Positions 23,805 through 36,363 are shown, counted from the first letter of the whole stretch. The stretch: DNA of 61,941 nucleotides, filler included, from Vannella sp. (GCA_023345925.1; 5 parts of 5 records of this genome joined end to end with filler, not necessarily neighbours in it); one strand, 5' to 3'. A program made the numbers and translations. The notes: generated by a model from the letters alone, not told the origin.

Positions 23805-25078
23805 GGAGATCGGAGCTCATCACCGTCGTGAAGAGTTTTGATCTTCGCCCCCTGATAATTGGGTGCCTGAGAGGAAGCTTGTGACTGAGAGCCACTCCAT
23901 TGGTACCTCGAACCACTCTGCTGGTTCTGCTCCCAACATTGTCGCTCTTCTAGTTTCTCTTGCTGTCTCAGCTCGTCCTCTCCTCCTTCGATGACCGTTT
24001 CTTGCTTCTCCTCTCTGTGTCTCTGTTCTTCCTCTTCCTTCTTTTTGCGTAGTTGTTCTGCGTGTCTATGCTCTTCGTCTTCCTTCTTTTGCTTTGCCAG
24101 AAGAGCTTGCTTATCACTCTCTTCCTTGGCACGTTGGGCCTCTGCTTCCTTCTGTTGTTCAAACAATGCGTGTCTCTGTTCTTCATCAGCCTTCTTTTGC
24201 TCTTCCAGAAGAGCTTGCTTATCACTCTCTTCCTTGGCACGTTGGGCCTCTGCTTCCTTGGCACGTTGGGCCTCTGCTTCCTTCTGTTGTTCAAACAATG
24301 CGTGTCTCTGTTCTTCCTCAGTCTTCTTTTGCTCTGCCAGAAGAGCTTGCTTATCACTCTCTCCCTTGGCACGTTGGGCCTCTGCTTCCTTCTGTTGTTC
24401 ATACAGTGCGTGTCTCTGTTCTTCCTCAGTCCTCTTTTGCACTGCCAGAAGAGCTTGCTTTTCGCTCTCTGTCTTAGGACGTTGGTCCTCCGCCTCCTTT
24501 TGGCATTGAGCGCGCCTTTCTGCTTCTTCTGCCTCCTTTTGCTTCGCAAACAAAGCCTGTGCCTCCCTCTCTTCCTTTTGGCGCCACGCTTGTTCACTTG
24601 CTTCTCGCTGTTGATCCTGAACGCTCTCTGTTGCGTGCAAATCCAGTTGACGACGTTGTGTTTCAAGGTAAGAAGCAGCACTGAAGGCGGGGACAGGTTG
24701 GAAGTGGGCTTGTGGTGCAATAGGGTACGGCTGATACGATGGGAAGGGAGGTTGGCCATAGTAAGACGGATGGTGCTGAACACTGGTCTGAGCAGACGGA
24801 GCAACTGAAGACATGACACTTCCGTTCATTCCGGTATCCAACACGGCAAGACGAGGAATCCGAGTCGATGAAGCACGAAAGAAATCCAAAGCATCGAATA
24901 GCTCCTCATCGCAGGTGACGGAGATGAGGTCGTGGTCCTCGTCCACATACTTCAGACGAAAGGATGCCATTTCAAACGCCACAGAAGCAGCAGCCTCCAA
25001 ACGAGCGAAAGTAAGGTCCTCCACCTTCACCCTACGAATATCTTCGCCTCGAACCAGCTTGACGATCGTCACAACCAT
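23805..25078 (-). CDS. PB1-domain protein with 36-aa E/Q/K coiled-coil repeats; 3' end lost at contig edge
   Basis: IVKLVRGEDIRR..LKYVDEDHDLISVTCDEEL (PB1 OPCA motif); repeat KEESDKQALL..QRHALFEQQKEAEAQRA. Confidence 0.85.
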
Positions 25079-25289
25079 CCCCAATGAGCAGGCAAACAAT
25101 GATCGCTTCCCCTTTCACATCCCCTTTAGCCCCTTTGTCAAATCCCCTTAAATAAATTGTCCACAGTTTCTTGAACATAGAAGAATTTTTGTTACGTGTC
25201 AAGTTTTAACCCAAACAAAAACTTTCCTGAATGCATGGTTAGTTTACGTAATACCTCTATTTATTCCGATTTTTTGTTTCCTGATTCGA

Positions 25290-27019
25290 CTACTCGAACT
25301 TCATCCAGTTATCATCAACACGACCAAAGGTGAAATCAAACCAATCGCTGGGATAATTCCGATTCTTCCAAGGCCCTTTGTCTCCTCGCTTGGGAAGAAG
25401 ATGTTCGGATCTTTGGATGTAGCCAGAAGAGATGTCCATGAAGGGCGCTCGCGCCATCCCGTGATTCGGTTCTAAGTGAGGATAGCATTGGCTGGTTCCT
25501 GTAGCTTCCATGTGCTTCAGCAAGCGCACAGACCACCCACTTGTCAGCTCGCATTTGAGAGTCCACGAAGCGTTCGTGTATCCAGTCGAGAAGATCACAT
25601 TCGGCACATCACTGAGCATCATGCCACGATAGACAAGACGATCTAACCCATCCACAGCCTTCCCATCCACGAAGAACTCGATTCCTCCAAGTAACTTCAC
25701 ATTCAAGCCGGTCGCTGTGATGATCAAGTCAGCAGGCAGGATCTCGCCAGACTTGAGGAGGATGCCTTCTGCCACGAATCTGTGCATGAGCTAAGTTCCT
25801 CGCATCTGCCAACACAGAAAGGCCAAACCTGTCGATGTGGTCCGTGACAATGGACGCCTTTCCCGACCGCAGGCACTTAAAGATGTCACCATCCGGGGAG
25901 ATACAAAGCCTCTGCCTCCAAGGATCATAGGAAGGCCGGAAGTGCTTTTCTACATCAAAGCCGCTGTCCGGAAACCCAAGAATTAGTCTGGAGTTGGAAT
26001 TCCGGCTTTTGCCAACCTTGGCAATCGCTCCTGGACACCCTTGAGGAGCAGTTTCTTTGCGCTTTCTGTAAAAGTAGTGCAATACACAAACAGGAGCCAG
26101 CTCAGGAGGAGGTTCATCCACTTGATAATCAAATGAGACACTTTCTGTGGGAGGACAATCTGGAGGAAGGCAACCAGCCGATTGTGCTGGGGAAGCGCTA
26201 AGAAGTAGGAAGGAGATCTTTGGAGCATTGTGATATGGTCTACTTGGTCAGCTAAGGAAGGCAGAAGAGTCACGGCGGTCGCTCCACTCCCAATGACAAC
26301 AACTCTCTTCCCTGTGCAGTCGGTGGAGTCTTTCCAAAGCTGAGGATGTACGATCTCTCCTTTGAAGTCCTCTTCTCCATCAAAATGGGGGCGAAAGGGC
26401 TTCTCATAGTCGTAGTAACCAGTACAAACATGCAGCCACTGACAACTCACCTCCAAAGGCTCTGGATGACCTTTGTTGATGACCTGAAGGGTCCACCTTC
26501 TCTTATCTGAGCTGTAAGATGCATTGGAGACACTTTTACCGTAGGTGATTCGACCTTCAACCCCAAACTCGCGAGCAATCGACTTCAAATAGTTGCGAAT
26601 GTCCTCCCCAGGAGCTATAGGATGGGGATCCTCCCACGGACGACAAGAGAACCCTAACGTGTACATGTCTGAATCTGACCGAACGCCAGGGTACCGAAAG
26701 AGATCCCAAGTTCCCCCTGCAGCTTGGCGGCTCTCTAAGAGGATGAAGGTCTTCCACTGGTTAGAGAGATGAGAGAAGGGGAAGGACGGTTTACCTTGTT
26801 GGGACACTGAGCGATCAACTCACAAGCAGCGTTGATGCCAGAGATGCCAGCCCCGATGATGACCACATCAAAGAAGGCTTTGTCCTCCAACTCCAACGAC
26901 CGATCCAGCTCCACTTCTACCACAGGTACCTTCTTCCTCGCTCCCGGCTTTGTAATGCTCATGAAGAGCACCACAAACGCGGTGGCAAGGCCGAACGCCA
27001 ACGCCACCCACACCCACAT
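25290..27019 (-). CDS. EthA-like flavin monooxygenase (BVMO/FMO family) with N-terminal membrane anchor, 4 exons
   Basis: IIGAGISG, GGTWDLFRYPGVRSDSDM, VHPQLW, IGSGATA, YDPWRQRLC, TATGL, GYTNASWTLK. Confidence 0.92.
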
Positions 27020-27251
27020 GCAAGCCAGCGATGAAGAATGACCCGCGGAAGAGAGAACATCCAGAAGAGTCTTTGGGTGGCATTTCTGGTGGCCAATCAG
27101 AACCCATGAGGAACTCGCCCTCCTGATTGGTCAAAGGGGACGCGTCCCTCGCGTTGGGTTTCCACTTGGAAGGATGAGCAGCCTCTGGTATGAATGAGGG
27201 AGGGGAAATGGTTTAGTGGAGGATCGGCTGGATGAGTGTCTGATGGACTCG

Positions 27252-29306
27252 CTAAACGGCTTGGAAACGATGGTCTGGCGCTTGGTGGCCCAAAGCAAAG
27301 TGGTATAAGGGCACAAATTGGGGTTGTTGGAAGGCTGCTGATGATTCATCGTCCAGGAAACATCCCATCCCAGTTGCTCCAAGCCCCAGCTGGTGAGCTT
27401 CTACATACAACATTTGGCCAAGAAGTCCGGCATGCCAATGTAAATGGCAGTAGCGGCGGGGATCGCCCATAATCTCACTCTCCAAAGAACTAAGGAAGCT
27501 CAATACCACAGCGCAGTCGCTTGCAATACCTTGGAAGCAACTATTGTTACTCGCTTCCTTTCGGATGGTATCGGATGGCACTTCTTGCTCTTCTCCGATA
27601 GACCAAAGTTTGAAAGGGACATCTGGATGTTCGAGAGCTTTCATGGAAGATGTCTCAACCCCCGCAGCATCTGGATGGAGAAGGTATCTTCCAGATGGTA
27701 TGCCACTGACTGCATTGACCCACAACCCGATCAAAAGTCCATTGGGGTAACCAAATCATTCCTGTCGGTGCTGATAGCTGACAGTAATGCCCCCAGCTGA
27801 ACTGCAGTGATCTCTTCCAACTCGAATCGAACAGAAGATCTTCTGGTTCTGATGGCAGAGGCCAACAGCTGTTTGTCATGAAAAGAAGCGCCCTCAGAAA
27901 CAGAAACTCCACTTGAACAAGCGGGAAACTGGAGTTTGGGAGGCCCTGCTGTGACAGCATCCACCAAAGGAACCATCGACCACTGGAAAGGATGTTTTGA
28001 TATCCCACAGATGTGATTTTGCTGTCCTTGAAGCTTGGCAGCCGTTGAAGAAACAGAAAGACTGCTCAAGAATGATGAAAGTCGCTCGGGCGTGCATGTG
28101 GTGGAGTTGGGGCTAAGAAGTAAGAAAACCACCGCATGCTCTCTCTCACGATGATCTGCTGATGTCTCAGAACGATGGTTGATATCATCAAGGCCGAGTA
28201 TAGTGTCTGCTTGTTTGATAGATGCTGCGTCTACTACGGCTACGGAAAGGTCTGCCAGTTTGGCGGAGAGAAGGAATGCTCCGATGGCATGTCCTACATC
28301 TAGATGCGTGTATCGCCAGCCTCGGGGACCATACTTCCATATTTCTCTCCTATCCACTCCTTAGTGCCCTTCTAATCAGATCAGGGGCCGCGCACCATTG
28401 AATCACAGAAAGTCCGATAACAACTTCTCCGACCTCCAGCTGATTCAGAGAATCTCCTTCACACTGAGACAGCTCCAATTCATATCTACTCTCTATGCCG
28501 TGGTGAGGCGGTGAGTAGTGTCCAAGAACGATGCTGGACCCTTTTCGCTGGAGCACATAAGTCTCCACGGGATGCAAACCCCCACTAGAGAAGAGTCAGC
28601 AAGCTGCCTTATGATCATTCAATTACCTTGAAGGGTTAACTCTCTTCGAACTGAGGCTGCGCGGGCTACTAATCAGCTGCATTCCACTTTGCACTGCAGA
28701 AACCGCCACAGAGTAACGCAGTATCTGGCCCAATCCTTGAGGCGTGATATCCTTAAGCAACTCAATCTTGCTTCCGTAATAGCGCCGGGTAATCTTCGGC
28801 TGGTAGGACCAGACACGCTTCACAGTCGGAGCACCTCCCCGAAGAGAGTTCTTTGTGTACGAGTGGAAGTGCATGAGCGCCTGCTGTACCATCTCAGAAG
28901 ATGAGAGAGCTTCTCCCACATCTACTGGAGGGTTATTGATCTCCACGGTGGCCTTGTCAGCGCTTGAAAGCTCCTCGGTTATAAATGGTACCACGAGTTG
29001 GTGACTGCGGATCTCTGAGGTGACCAAAGCCATCACCGTCCCCTTGACTCTCTCATTCTCCTTCAAATCCAACCACTCCTCCAACACATCGAGAGGAGCC
29101 CCACACAAAGCCTCTCCATCAATGCAACAAGCCTCCACCACGCTCGCCAGATGTCTCTGCATCTCCTCCGGTATCTCAGAATGCAAGCCCAACCATTGTA
29201 CCACTGCAGCAGGAGTCCAAACCAAGGGGGAAGTGTTCTTCAAGACCTTCTCCAGCTCCTCATGTGTGTCCACCAAAGCGGCCTCCGTCGAGTTCCCTCC
29301 TCCCAT
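27252..29306 (-). CDS. SAM-like domain fused to a tandem SagB/ThcOx-type nitroreductase; apparent frameshift near 27735-27760
   Basis: Spliced RVNPSSGGLHPVETY, WREIWKYGPRGWRYTHLDVGHA, IRTRRSS, AGLLGQMLYVEA..LGATGMGCFLDD; N-terminal WTPAAVVQWL..IDGEAL. Confidence 0.8.
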
Positions 29307-29390
29307 GAGTGGCCAACAAATAATGGCGATTCTCATGAAATAATTAGAACTTGCAGGAGGCTCATTTCTTTGGGGGTTGGAAGGAGCGAC

Positions 29391-30894
29391 ATGCCGAACG
29401 CTCGGGTGAGCGTCTTTCCGCTGTTGTGGGAGGGTGGGAAGGCTAATTGTGGGCTCAGAGGAAGAAGAGGACGCATAACCGGGGTAAGAAGAAGGCCGAG
29501 GTTGAAGGAGAAGCAGAGTTGGTGAAAGTGCCGAAAACTTTCGTCCTTCGGAAGGGTGAAAGCGGCAAGTCGTTGAAGCTATTGGTGAATGACATTCGCA
29601 TGATTATGCTCCCCAACACCGCTGAACGTCTCAAGGTAAGCGAGTCCCTCTGATCGCCTGATCGCCCCTTCGAATGTACCTCTTACAAAAGGGACGCAGG
29701 AGCGACGCCAGAACAAGCTGAAAGACTTTGTAAACATTGCAGGACCTCTTGGTGTATCCCACTTTATGATCCTCTCTACCACCACACAAGGAACGAACTA
29801 TTTCCGCGTGGCCAAAGTTCCGCAAGGGCCCACTCTCACGTACCGCATTGAGAAGTACTCGCTTATGAGAGACATCCATGCTTCACAGCAACGACCACAC
29901 TCTCCTAGCACTGAATTCAACTGCGCCCCGCTCGTGGTGATGAACGGATTCACTTCGCAAGACACCCACATGAAACTGGTTAGCAGCATGTGGCAGTCCG
30001 TCTTCCCTTCGATCAACGTACAGAAGATCAAGCTGAATGAGTGCAAGCGGGTGGTTCTTCTGGACTACGACAAGAAGACAGGGAACGTGGACATGCGCCA
30101 TTATGTCATCACTGTCGTCCCTCACGGCGTTAGCAAGGGTGTCAAGCGTCTTGTGAACCGGAAAGCAGATCTACCCAACTTGGAAGACTTTGCTGATATC
30201 TCAGAGTACATCAATGCGTACGTTCTTCCCCTTTGTGAGTTCCTTGTGTCCTTACGAGGCCACCAGGACCCGCGAGGCTTCGGAGAGTGACATTGAGGAC
30301 GGCCCAGAGTCTGAAGTAACTCTTCCCGAGGACGCCAAGTCCAAGAAGGGGCCAGTACAAATGGCTGTGCGCCTGATCGAGATGGGTGAGTCCTTCACTG
30401 AAGGTCTCTGGTGCTCGTCTGCTCATCTCTCGACCAGGACCACGAATGATGTTGAAGCTAATGAAGATCCAAGAAGGATTCTGCCACGGAGACATCCTCT
30501 TCCAACACGGTAGGGCCGCCTGATCAGTCCCAAGGATTCCTTTCTCTGATCCAGCCCTGTAGAGGAGGACAAGTCCGGATCAGGGGCAGATTCCAGTATC
30601 TCGAAGAGCTTCCTTACTGCTGAGATGAAGGAGCTTGAGAAGAAGCGCACAGAGACCTTGGCAATCGATAACAATCTCCCCGTTGGGCGGAGAAAGTCTC
30701 GCTCTGACGGGCGAGGCAAGCGCAAGAAGCCAATTAGTGCAGAGGATAAGAAGAAGGCCAAGGCTAGTGCCCGCGCAGAAGAGGGCGCTCCCACTCGCAA
30801 GCGTGGCCGATCGAGCTTCGACACGAAGAAGAAGGGAAAGAGTTCTCACAGCACCGACGGCGGTGCTCCACCACGCAAACGGGTCAAGAAATAG
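29391..30894 (+). CDS. PPAN: Peter Pan/Ssf1 Brix-domain ribosome biogenesis factor, multi-exon
   Basis: RKKRTH, VPKTFVL, MLPNTAERLKERRQNKLKDF..GPLGVSH, PQGPTL, RHYVI, VRLIEMGPRM. Confidence 0.92.
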
Positions 30895-30971
30895 CTTTCT
30901 TTCTTCATACAAGCAGCTTACATCGCCTCCTCTCTCCTTCTGTAGCTCAGGGCGGCTCATTCTTTGTTCGG

Positions 30972-32044
30972 ATGTTCAAGAGGGCGGTCAAATACGATGT
31001 TCTTGGCATCCACGAGAGTGATAGCGACGAGGATGACTTTGATGTGAACGACTTTGTCAACAAGAGGCAACCCATCTATCTGGGAAGCGAGGAAGAGGAG
31101 GAGGAAGAGGAAGAAGAGGAAGAAAGCGAGGGAGGGGAGGGCGATGAGGAGATTGATGAGGAACGGAAGGTCCCAGCACAGATCCCTCGCTTAAGCCGTG
31201 AAGAAAAGGCTAAAGTACTCGCAGAGAGTCCTTTTCGCTGCGAGATTTGCCCTCACAAGTGGGTTGTCACCGCGGACATGCAAAAGTCCCACCTCGAATC
31301 CAAGGTACGGTCTTCTCCCCCTTCTCCTCAATGGCCATTGAGGTCCTCTCTTGCATGATCGAGTCGTCCCTGTCCTGATCACGGGGCGACATCCAGGTTC
31401 ACAAGAATCGCGTGCAGTTACTCCGCAGGCAGAGCCGGACTCTCGAAGAGAAGCTAGCTCAGAAGGCAAAGAACGAGAGAAAGCGCCTGAACAAAGAGCG
31501 CCGCTTAGCGGAAGAGGCAGCCAAGTTGGGTCTTCCTCCTCCTCCCAAGAAGAAGGGTCCAAACCCTCGCAGAAAGGACAAGAAGAAGGAAGAGGTGGCT
31601 GCAGTTGCAAAGGATGAGGGAATCAAGGCCACTGATGAACCAGAGAAGGTGAAACCTTCCCCTAAGAAGCTCTCCTCAGCTCCCGCAAAGGCTGCTGGGT
31701 CCTCAAGCCCCATGGTCAATGTATTCTTACCTAATGATACACCTGTTGTAGTCAAGAAGCCTGCTAGGGCTAAAAAGCTGATGAATATCCTCTTCCCGAC
31801 AGACACACCCTCTTCAGCAGCCCCAGCAGTCATTCCAACGAGTCCCAAAGCCTCTCACAAGAGTCCTTCAACTCAGAAGTCCCCACGAACTCGCCCAGAG
31901 ACTCCCAAGGCCACCCCAGCTGCCAAGGTGCCAGAAGTGACACCGCCACGCTCTGCCACTCCAAAGAAGAGGAGGAGAAGCTCATTAGAGCAGGCACAGT
32001 CTCCCTCCACACCACTGAAGCGAAAGAGAACCTCTAAGATCTAA
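30972..32044 (+). CDS. Acidic/basic nuclear protein with a single C2H2 zinc finger, 2 exons
   Basis: Poly-Glu tract; CEICPHK..HLESK|VH across an intron; Lys/Pro-rich tail with NLS-like PKKRRR. Confidence 0.7.
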
Positions 32045-32115
32045 AGGTAGTCCCAGACACCGTTTCAAACAACGAGAAAGGCATGAACGAGCTCTTTCTT
32101 GGGGAAAGTGTCGAC

Positions 32116-32404
32116 TTAAGGGAGGTCAGCCAAGGACTTCTTCTGTGGCAAGTTGTCGTAAGCCACACTCTTCTGTCCACCCACATTCACACGCTTCTTG
32201 CTCTGCAAAGAGACTAGTTAGGAGGGAGACACGGACTTTGTGTGGAGAAAGGGGAGAAGTTGAACTCACTTGTTGGTTATCATCAGCCCAACCGACTTTC
32301 CCTCCCTTCGTAGTCACACCCTTGGGTTCGTTCCGAGTAACAGAGGGAGCAGAAGCTTGAGCTTGCTCCTCAAACATCTTCGCGGCGTTCTTGGCAGCGG
32401 ACAT
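32116..32404 (-). CDS. 73-aa microprotein ending PQKKSLADLP
   Basis: Intron 32203-32269 (GTGAGT..TTTGCAG) gives MSAAKNAAKMFEEQ...NLPQKKSLADLP*. Confidence 0.75.
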
Positions 32405-32462
32405 CGGGCGCTTAAGAAATGGTCCACAGAGGGAAGGAGCGATGAGTCTGTGTATTGGGAGC

Positions 32463-34041
32463 TTACTGGAAGCGGTTGGCCATGCGAGAGGAACGAGTGG
32501 TGTCCTGGGCAGCAGTAGCGAGCCAACCGCTGATGATGTTGGCCTCGTCGATGCGGGCGCTGACGACATCTGGAGGGTCCTGAGGACTGCTTCCTCGTAA
32601 GTCGAGGTGGTGAGCTGCTTGGGTCATTTGGATAGTGACAATGTCGTTGTTAGGTCTTTCAATGACACCGCCAGGCCACCAGGGGTCCAAGAATCCATTG
32701 GAGAAGATGATTTGGGTGGAGTTCGAGTAATCGTACTCTTTGGTAAGCTTCAGAGGGTCAGGTATGACTCCCCAGCGCTTCTGACAGTACGCTGAGACGG
32801 AGGCAAAGTCGTAAGGAGCAGGGGGGAACATGTCGGTGACGTTGTTGGTGTCCACAGAGGCGACAATCTCCGTGCAGGACTGGTAGTCCCACGACATGGC
32901 ATTGGGATCACCTACTCCCCCACCACAGCCAGTGATATCCGCACACGGATAGTACTCCTCGCTGATGTTGAAGCAGGAGAGAGTGCCGGAGGCGTTATAG
33001 AAGGCACCGACCGTTTGACCCAAGCTGAAGATGAAGTTGTTGGTCTGCTTAAGGTTGGCATTCATCACGTTGCAGGACTCACGCAGAGGGAAAGCTGGCA
33101 AGTCATCAACAGCATAAGGGTAGTTCTCCATACCGAGAGAAGCGAAGGCGTTCTCCATCCACAAGTTGATCAAACGCAGGTCAGCAGGGTCCTGACCGAT
33201 GGGAGAACACAATTGGAGGTCCTTTTGGATCTCAGCACGCCCATTAGCGGTTTCAAAGAGCTCAGTCATCTGAGCGAAGGCCTGGCGGACCTTCTTGGGA
33301 CAGGTGATGTCTGCCATTGCAAAGTCCTTTGTCACCACACGGAAGAATGCACCGGGATTAGTACCGCCCTCAAGGAAGGGATGATATCTGAGAGGGGCAC
33401 TTGAAGCCAAAGCTCCATCAACAACCTGATCCTCTGTGAGTGTCTCTTTAGGACCCAAAGCACCCAAACTCACGTTGGGGAACGCAATGCGGAGGAAGGC
33501 AGCCAGGTTTCCTGGGTAAGATCCACCAAAGGTAATGATGGGAATGTCCTGAGGGAGCTCGTACTCAGTAATGATGTCTTGGATGATCTGAACGTAGTCT
33601 TGAAGGGCCTGAGAGCGAGTCAGGAGCCGATTTGCAACGTTTTGAGTTACGTACTTGTTCAATAGTTAACTTGTCGATGTTTTCGGGAGTGTAGGAGTCC
33701 ACAGCGCCAAAAGGAAGAGAGTTCCCGTAGAAACGGTGCTCGGGGAACAACAGGAAGGCCCCCACGTTCACACCATACTGGAACATGAATCCATTGTGGT
33801 TGTAGCCACCATACACATCAGACTCTCCACCAGGGCAAAAGAAGAGAGGCTTGTTAGCCAGAGGAGAACTGGTGTAGTAATCGTCATACACCAGATACCG
33901 CTGCTGGAAGGTGCGCGAGTCATCACTATCAAAGTGATCAAACACTTGAGTGTACCAGAACTGCTTGGGAGGCGGTGGCTGATAGTAGTTCTGCGCCACA
34001 ACTGCGCAGACCAAAGCTGCCAACACGACAGCAAACCGCAT
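32463..34041 (-). CDS. Secreted/lysosomal serine peptidase of family S28 (PRCP/DPP7-like)
   Basis: Signal peptide, FDHF..TFQQRY, EHRFYG, FGGSYPG (catalytic Ser), NGFLDPW, AAHHLDLR. Confidence 0.93.
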
Positions 34042-34252
34042 TGAGAAAAAATGACTTTAACTCTGTCCACTTGCGTAAAACTGACTTCTAATGATTCTAT
34101 TATGAAAGCCTGCCATTCGACCGAAAATTTGGTTTGTGTCAACAGCGGTTGTCAAAAGCACACTTCCCCATGGGTTTCCTTATTTGGGGGCTAGAAAGCG
34201 CGCGTAAAATTGCTTCCCTATCACCACTCTGCTCCGTACCATCCCCCGCAAC

Positions 34253-34352
34253 NNNNNNNNNNNNNNNNNNNNNNNNNNNNNNNNNNNNNNNNNNNNTTAA
34301 TTAATTAANNNNNNNNNNNNNNNNNNNNNNNNNNNNNNNNNNNNNNNNNNNN
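34253..34352. other. Artificial contig linker
   Basis: N-TTAATTAATTAA-N, 100 nt. Confidence 0.98.
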
Positions 34353-35253
34353 TTCTTGGCCAGTGCAAGTGGACTGGGGATGGGAGCACTCGCTTGTGCT
34401 GGACGAGGAGGGCGTGGTATGGGAGGCGGGTCCTCCTCACTGTTCTCTCAAGTTTCAGCGCGTTCGTGGGCTTCCTGTGGTGATTGCTATAGCTTCTGGC
34501 TTCCAACATAGCGCTGCTTTGGATAGCAATGGCGCTCTTTGGCTGTGGTCAGAAAGAAGCTTTGGATGGGTGTCTCCGACCTTGCAACTCGTTGTAGGCC
34601 TTCCTTCGTTGTACAGGATCGCGTGTGGAGGTCACTTTCTTGTGGCAGAGTCTGAAGGAGGACTCTGGGTGCTGGGGAACAACCCCCACGGACAATTGGG
34701 ACTCGGTCACACTGGACCTGCCCTCACACCTACTCTGGTACGAGGATTAGAGCTACCTGAAGGTCCTCTTCGATGTCTGGCAGCTTCTTACAGTGGTGCC
34801 TTCTTCATTGACTCAAAGGGCGACGTTTGGACCTCAGGAGACAACCACTTTGGCCAACTGGGACGCTCTGGGGGTGGTTTGATGTTCAAGCGCGTTGACA
34901 GTTGCCCTCCTATGCTTTGGCTATCATGTGGAAACTCTCACACCCTCGCTCTCGACGAGACAGGCACCGTTTGGGGATGGGGAAGGGGAGAAGATGGGCA
35001 ATTAGGCCAGAACAACACTCACAATCGACCTGAACCCACTCGCATCCCTTTGCCAGACGGAATGAGTGCCTTTCTAGCAGGAGGGGACCACTCTTTGGTC
35101 TTCTCAGACGACGGCGCGTTCGTGTTTGGAGTGAACGGCAACGGAGAACTCGGACTGGACCACACAGACAACGTACTGACACCCATTTACTGTCCTACAT
35201 GCATCTCTCTCCCTCACCCTACCCAAAGCAAGGCGAAGAGCGCTCGGTTCTGA
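34353..35253 (+). CDS. RCC1 repeat protein paralogue 2, 5'-truncated by contig edge
   Basis: Colinear with the protein at 1-1030; ends QSKAKSARF. Confidence 0.9.
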
Positions 35254-35341
35254 AGAAGGGAACTAAAAATAGGGCCCATTTCCTCCTTTCAGCTTTCTGG
35301 GTTCATTTGCTGTTCCCCTCGCCATGCACAACGACTATGGC

Positions 35342-35725
35342 ATGTCTGAAGAGGAGCTGAGGGTGCAAGCTCAGATTGAAGCGGACCACGCCTTCGCGTT
35401 GCAGTTGCAAGGCGGAGGTCCTGCTCCCGCTCCTGCGCCAAGGGCTGCTCCTGTGCGGAGGGCGGCTGCTCCTGCTCCCAGAGAGGCCCATGCAACTCCT
35501 GCGATTGTAGCTGCACAGCCTCGAGGTGCTCCCAGGGTGGCAAACCACCGACAGGATCCTGCACCCAAGGCGAAGAAGGACAAGGGTACAAGCAAGAGTG
35601 CTGGAAAGGAGGAAGAGAGCAATGACAGAACCCAGCACGAGTGGAGCGTTGCCGAGGTGGAGGACTCGGGCGAGTTTGCAGGTTGGGGCTTCCGTTCAGC
35701 TCCTCCAGCCTTTATGAAGCAATAA
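35342..35725 (+). CDS. Small protein with an N-terminal MIU/UIM-like helix
   Basis: MSEEELRVQAQIEADHAFALQLQ followed by an Ala/Pro linker and a W/F-containing tail. Confidence 0.6.
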   Translation: MSEEELRVQAQIEADHAFALQLQGGGPAPAPAPRAAPVRRAAAPAPREAHATPAIVAAQPRGAPRVANHRQDPAPKAKKDKGTSKSAGKEEESNDRTQHEWSVAEVEDSGEFAGWGFRSAPPAFMKQ

Positions 35726-36363
35726 AGAGCTCAACAGACGTAGCCTTACTCTATAGAGAGGTAGTACTTTGACAGAAGCAGAGTCGCTGGTTGCTCTCAC
35801 CACAGTGCTCCCTTCTGTCTGTGTGGGGGCTGAGACCTTCATCAAGAGGTCGTTCGCACCCTCTGCGCAAGGAGTAGGAAAGTCCAATGTCTCATCCATT
35901 TCAAGCAGTGAGCCAGACGGGACGGGGAGAGGGGAGGTTCTTGATAGACATTTATACATTTCTTTGTCCCTTGTTCAGTGTGTGGGGTTGGTTCTTCTTC
36001 GAGGGAGCGGAGCGTAGGTAAGGTTACGTTCGATAGACTCTCAAGCAGCGGCTTCCGTCGATGCTTGGGTGTTTCGGGTTGTTTGAGAGCCGATCGAGCT
36101 TTGATCTGCCGACTCTCCTTAGTCGTTTGATTGGAGCATATAGTTCTTTGCAGCTTTTGGAGATGGGTGCGGTGATGTTGGGCAGGTTGTTCATGGGAAG
36201 GGCGCTTAAAAGAATGGTCAACCAAACTTGGGGAGACCAACCGAAGCTCGCAGTTCCGAAAGACCCTAAAAAGCGGAATCCAAGAAAAGGGACCAATGAG
36301 GGAGCGATTTTTAAATAGAACATTTCCCAAAATGGGGTTACAGGTTTTTTGTTTTTTCGTTTA

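Noticed and set aside
23968..24819. Long alternative-frame and antisense ORFs
   Set aside because: By-products of the low-complexity coding repeat in the PB1 gene.
35696..36330. Several short minus-strand ORFs
   Set aside because: No consistent splice model or domain could be built.
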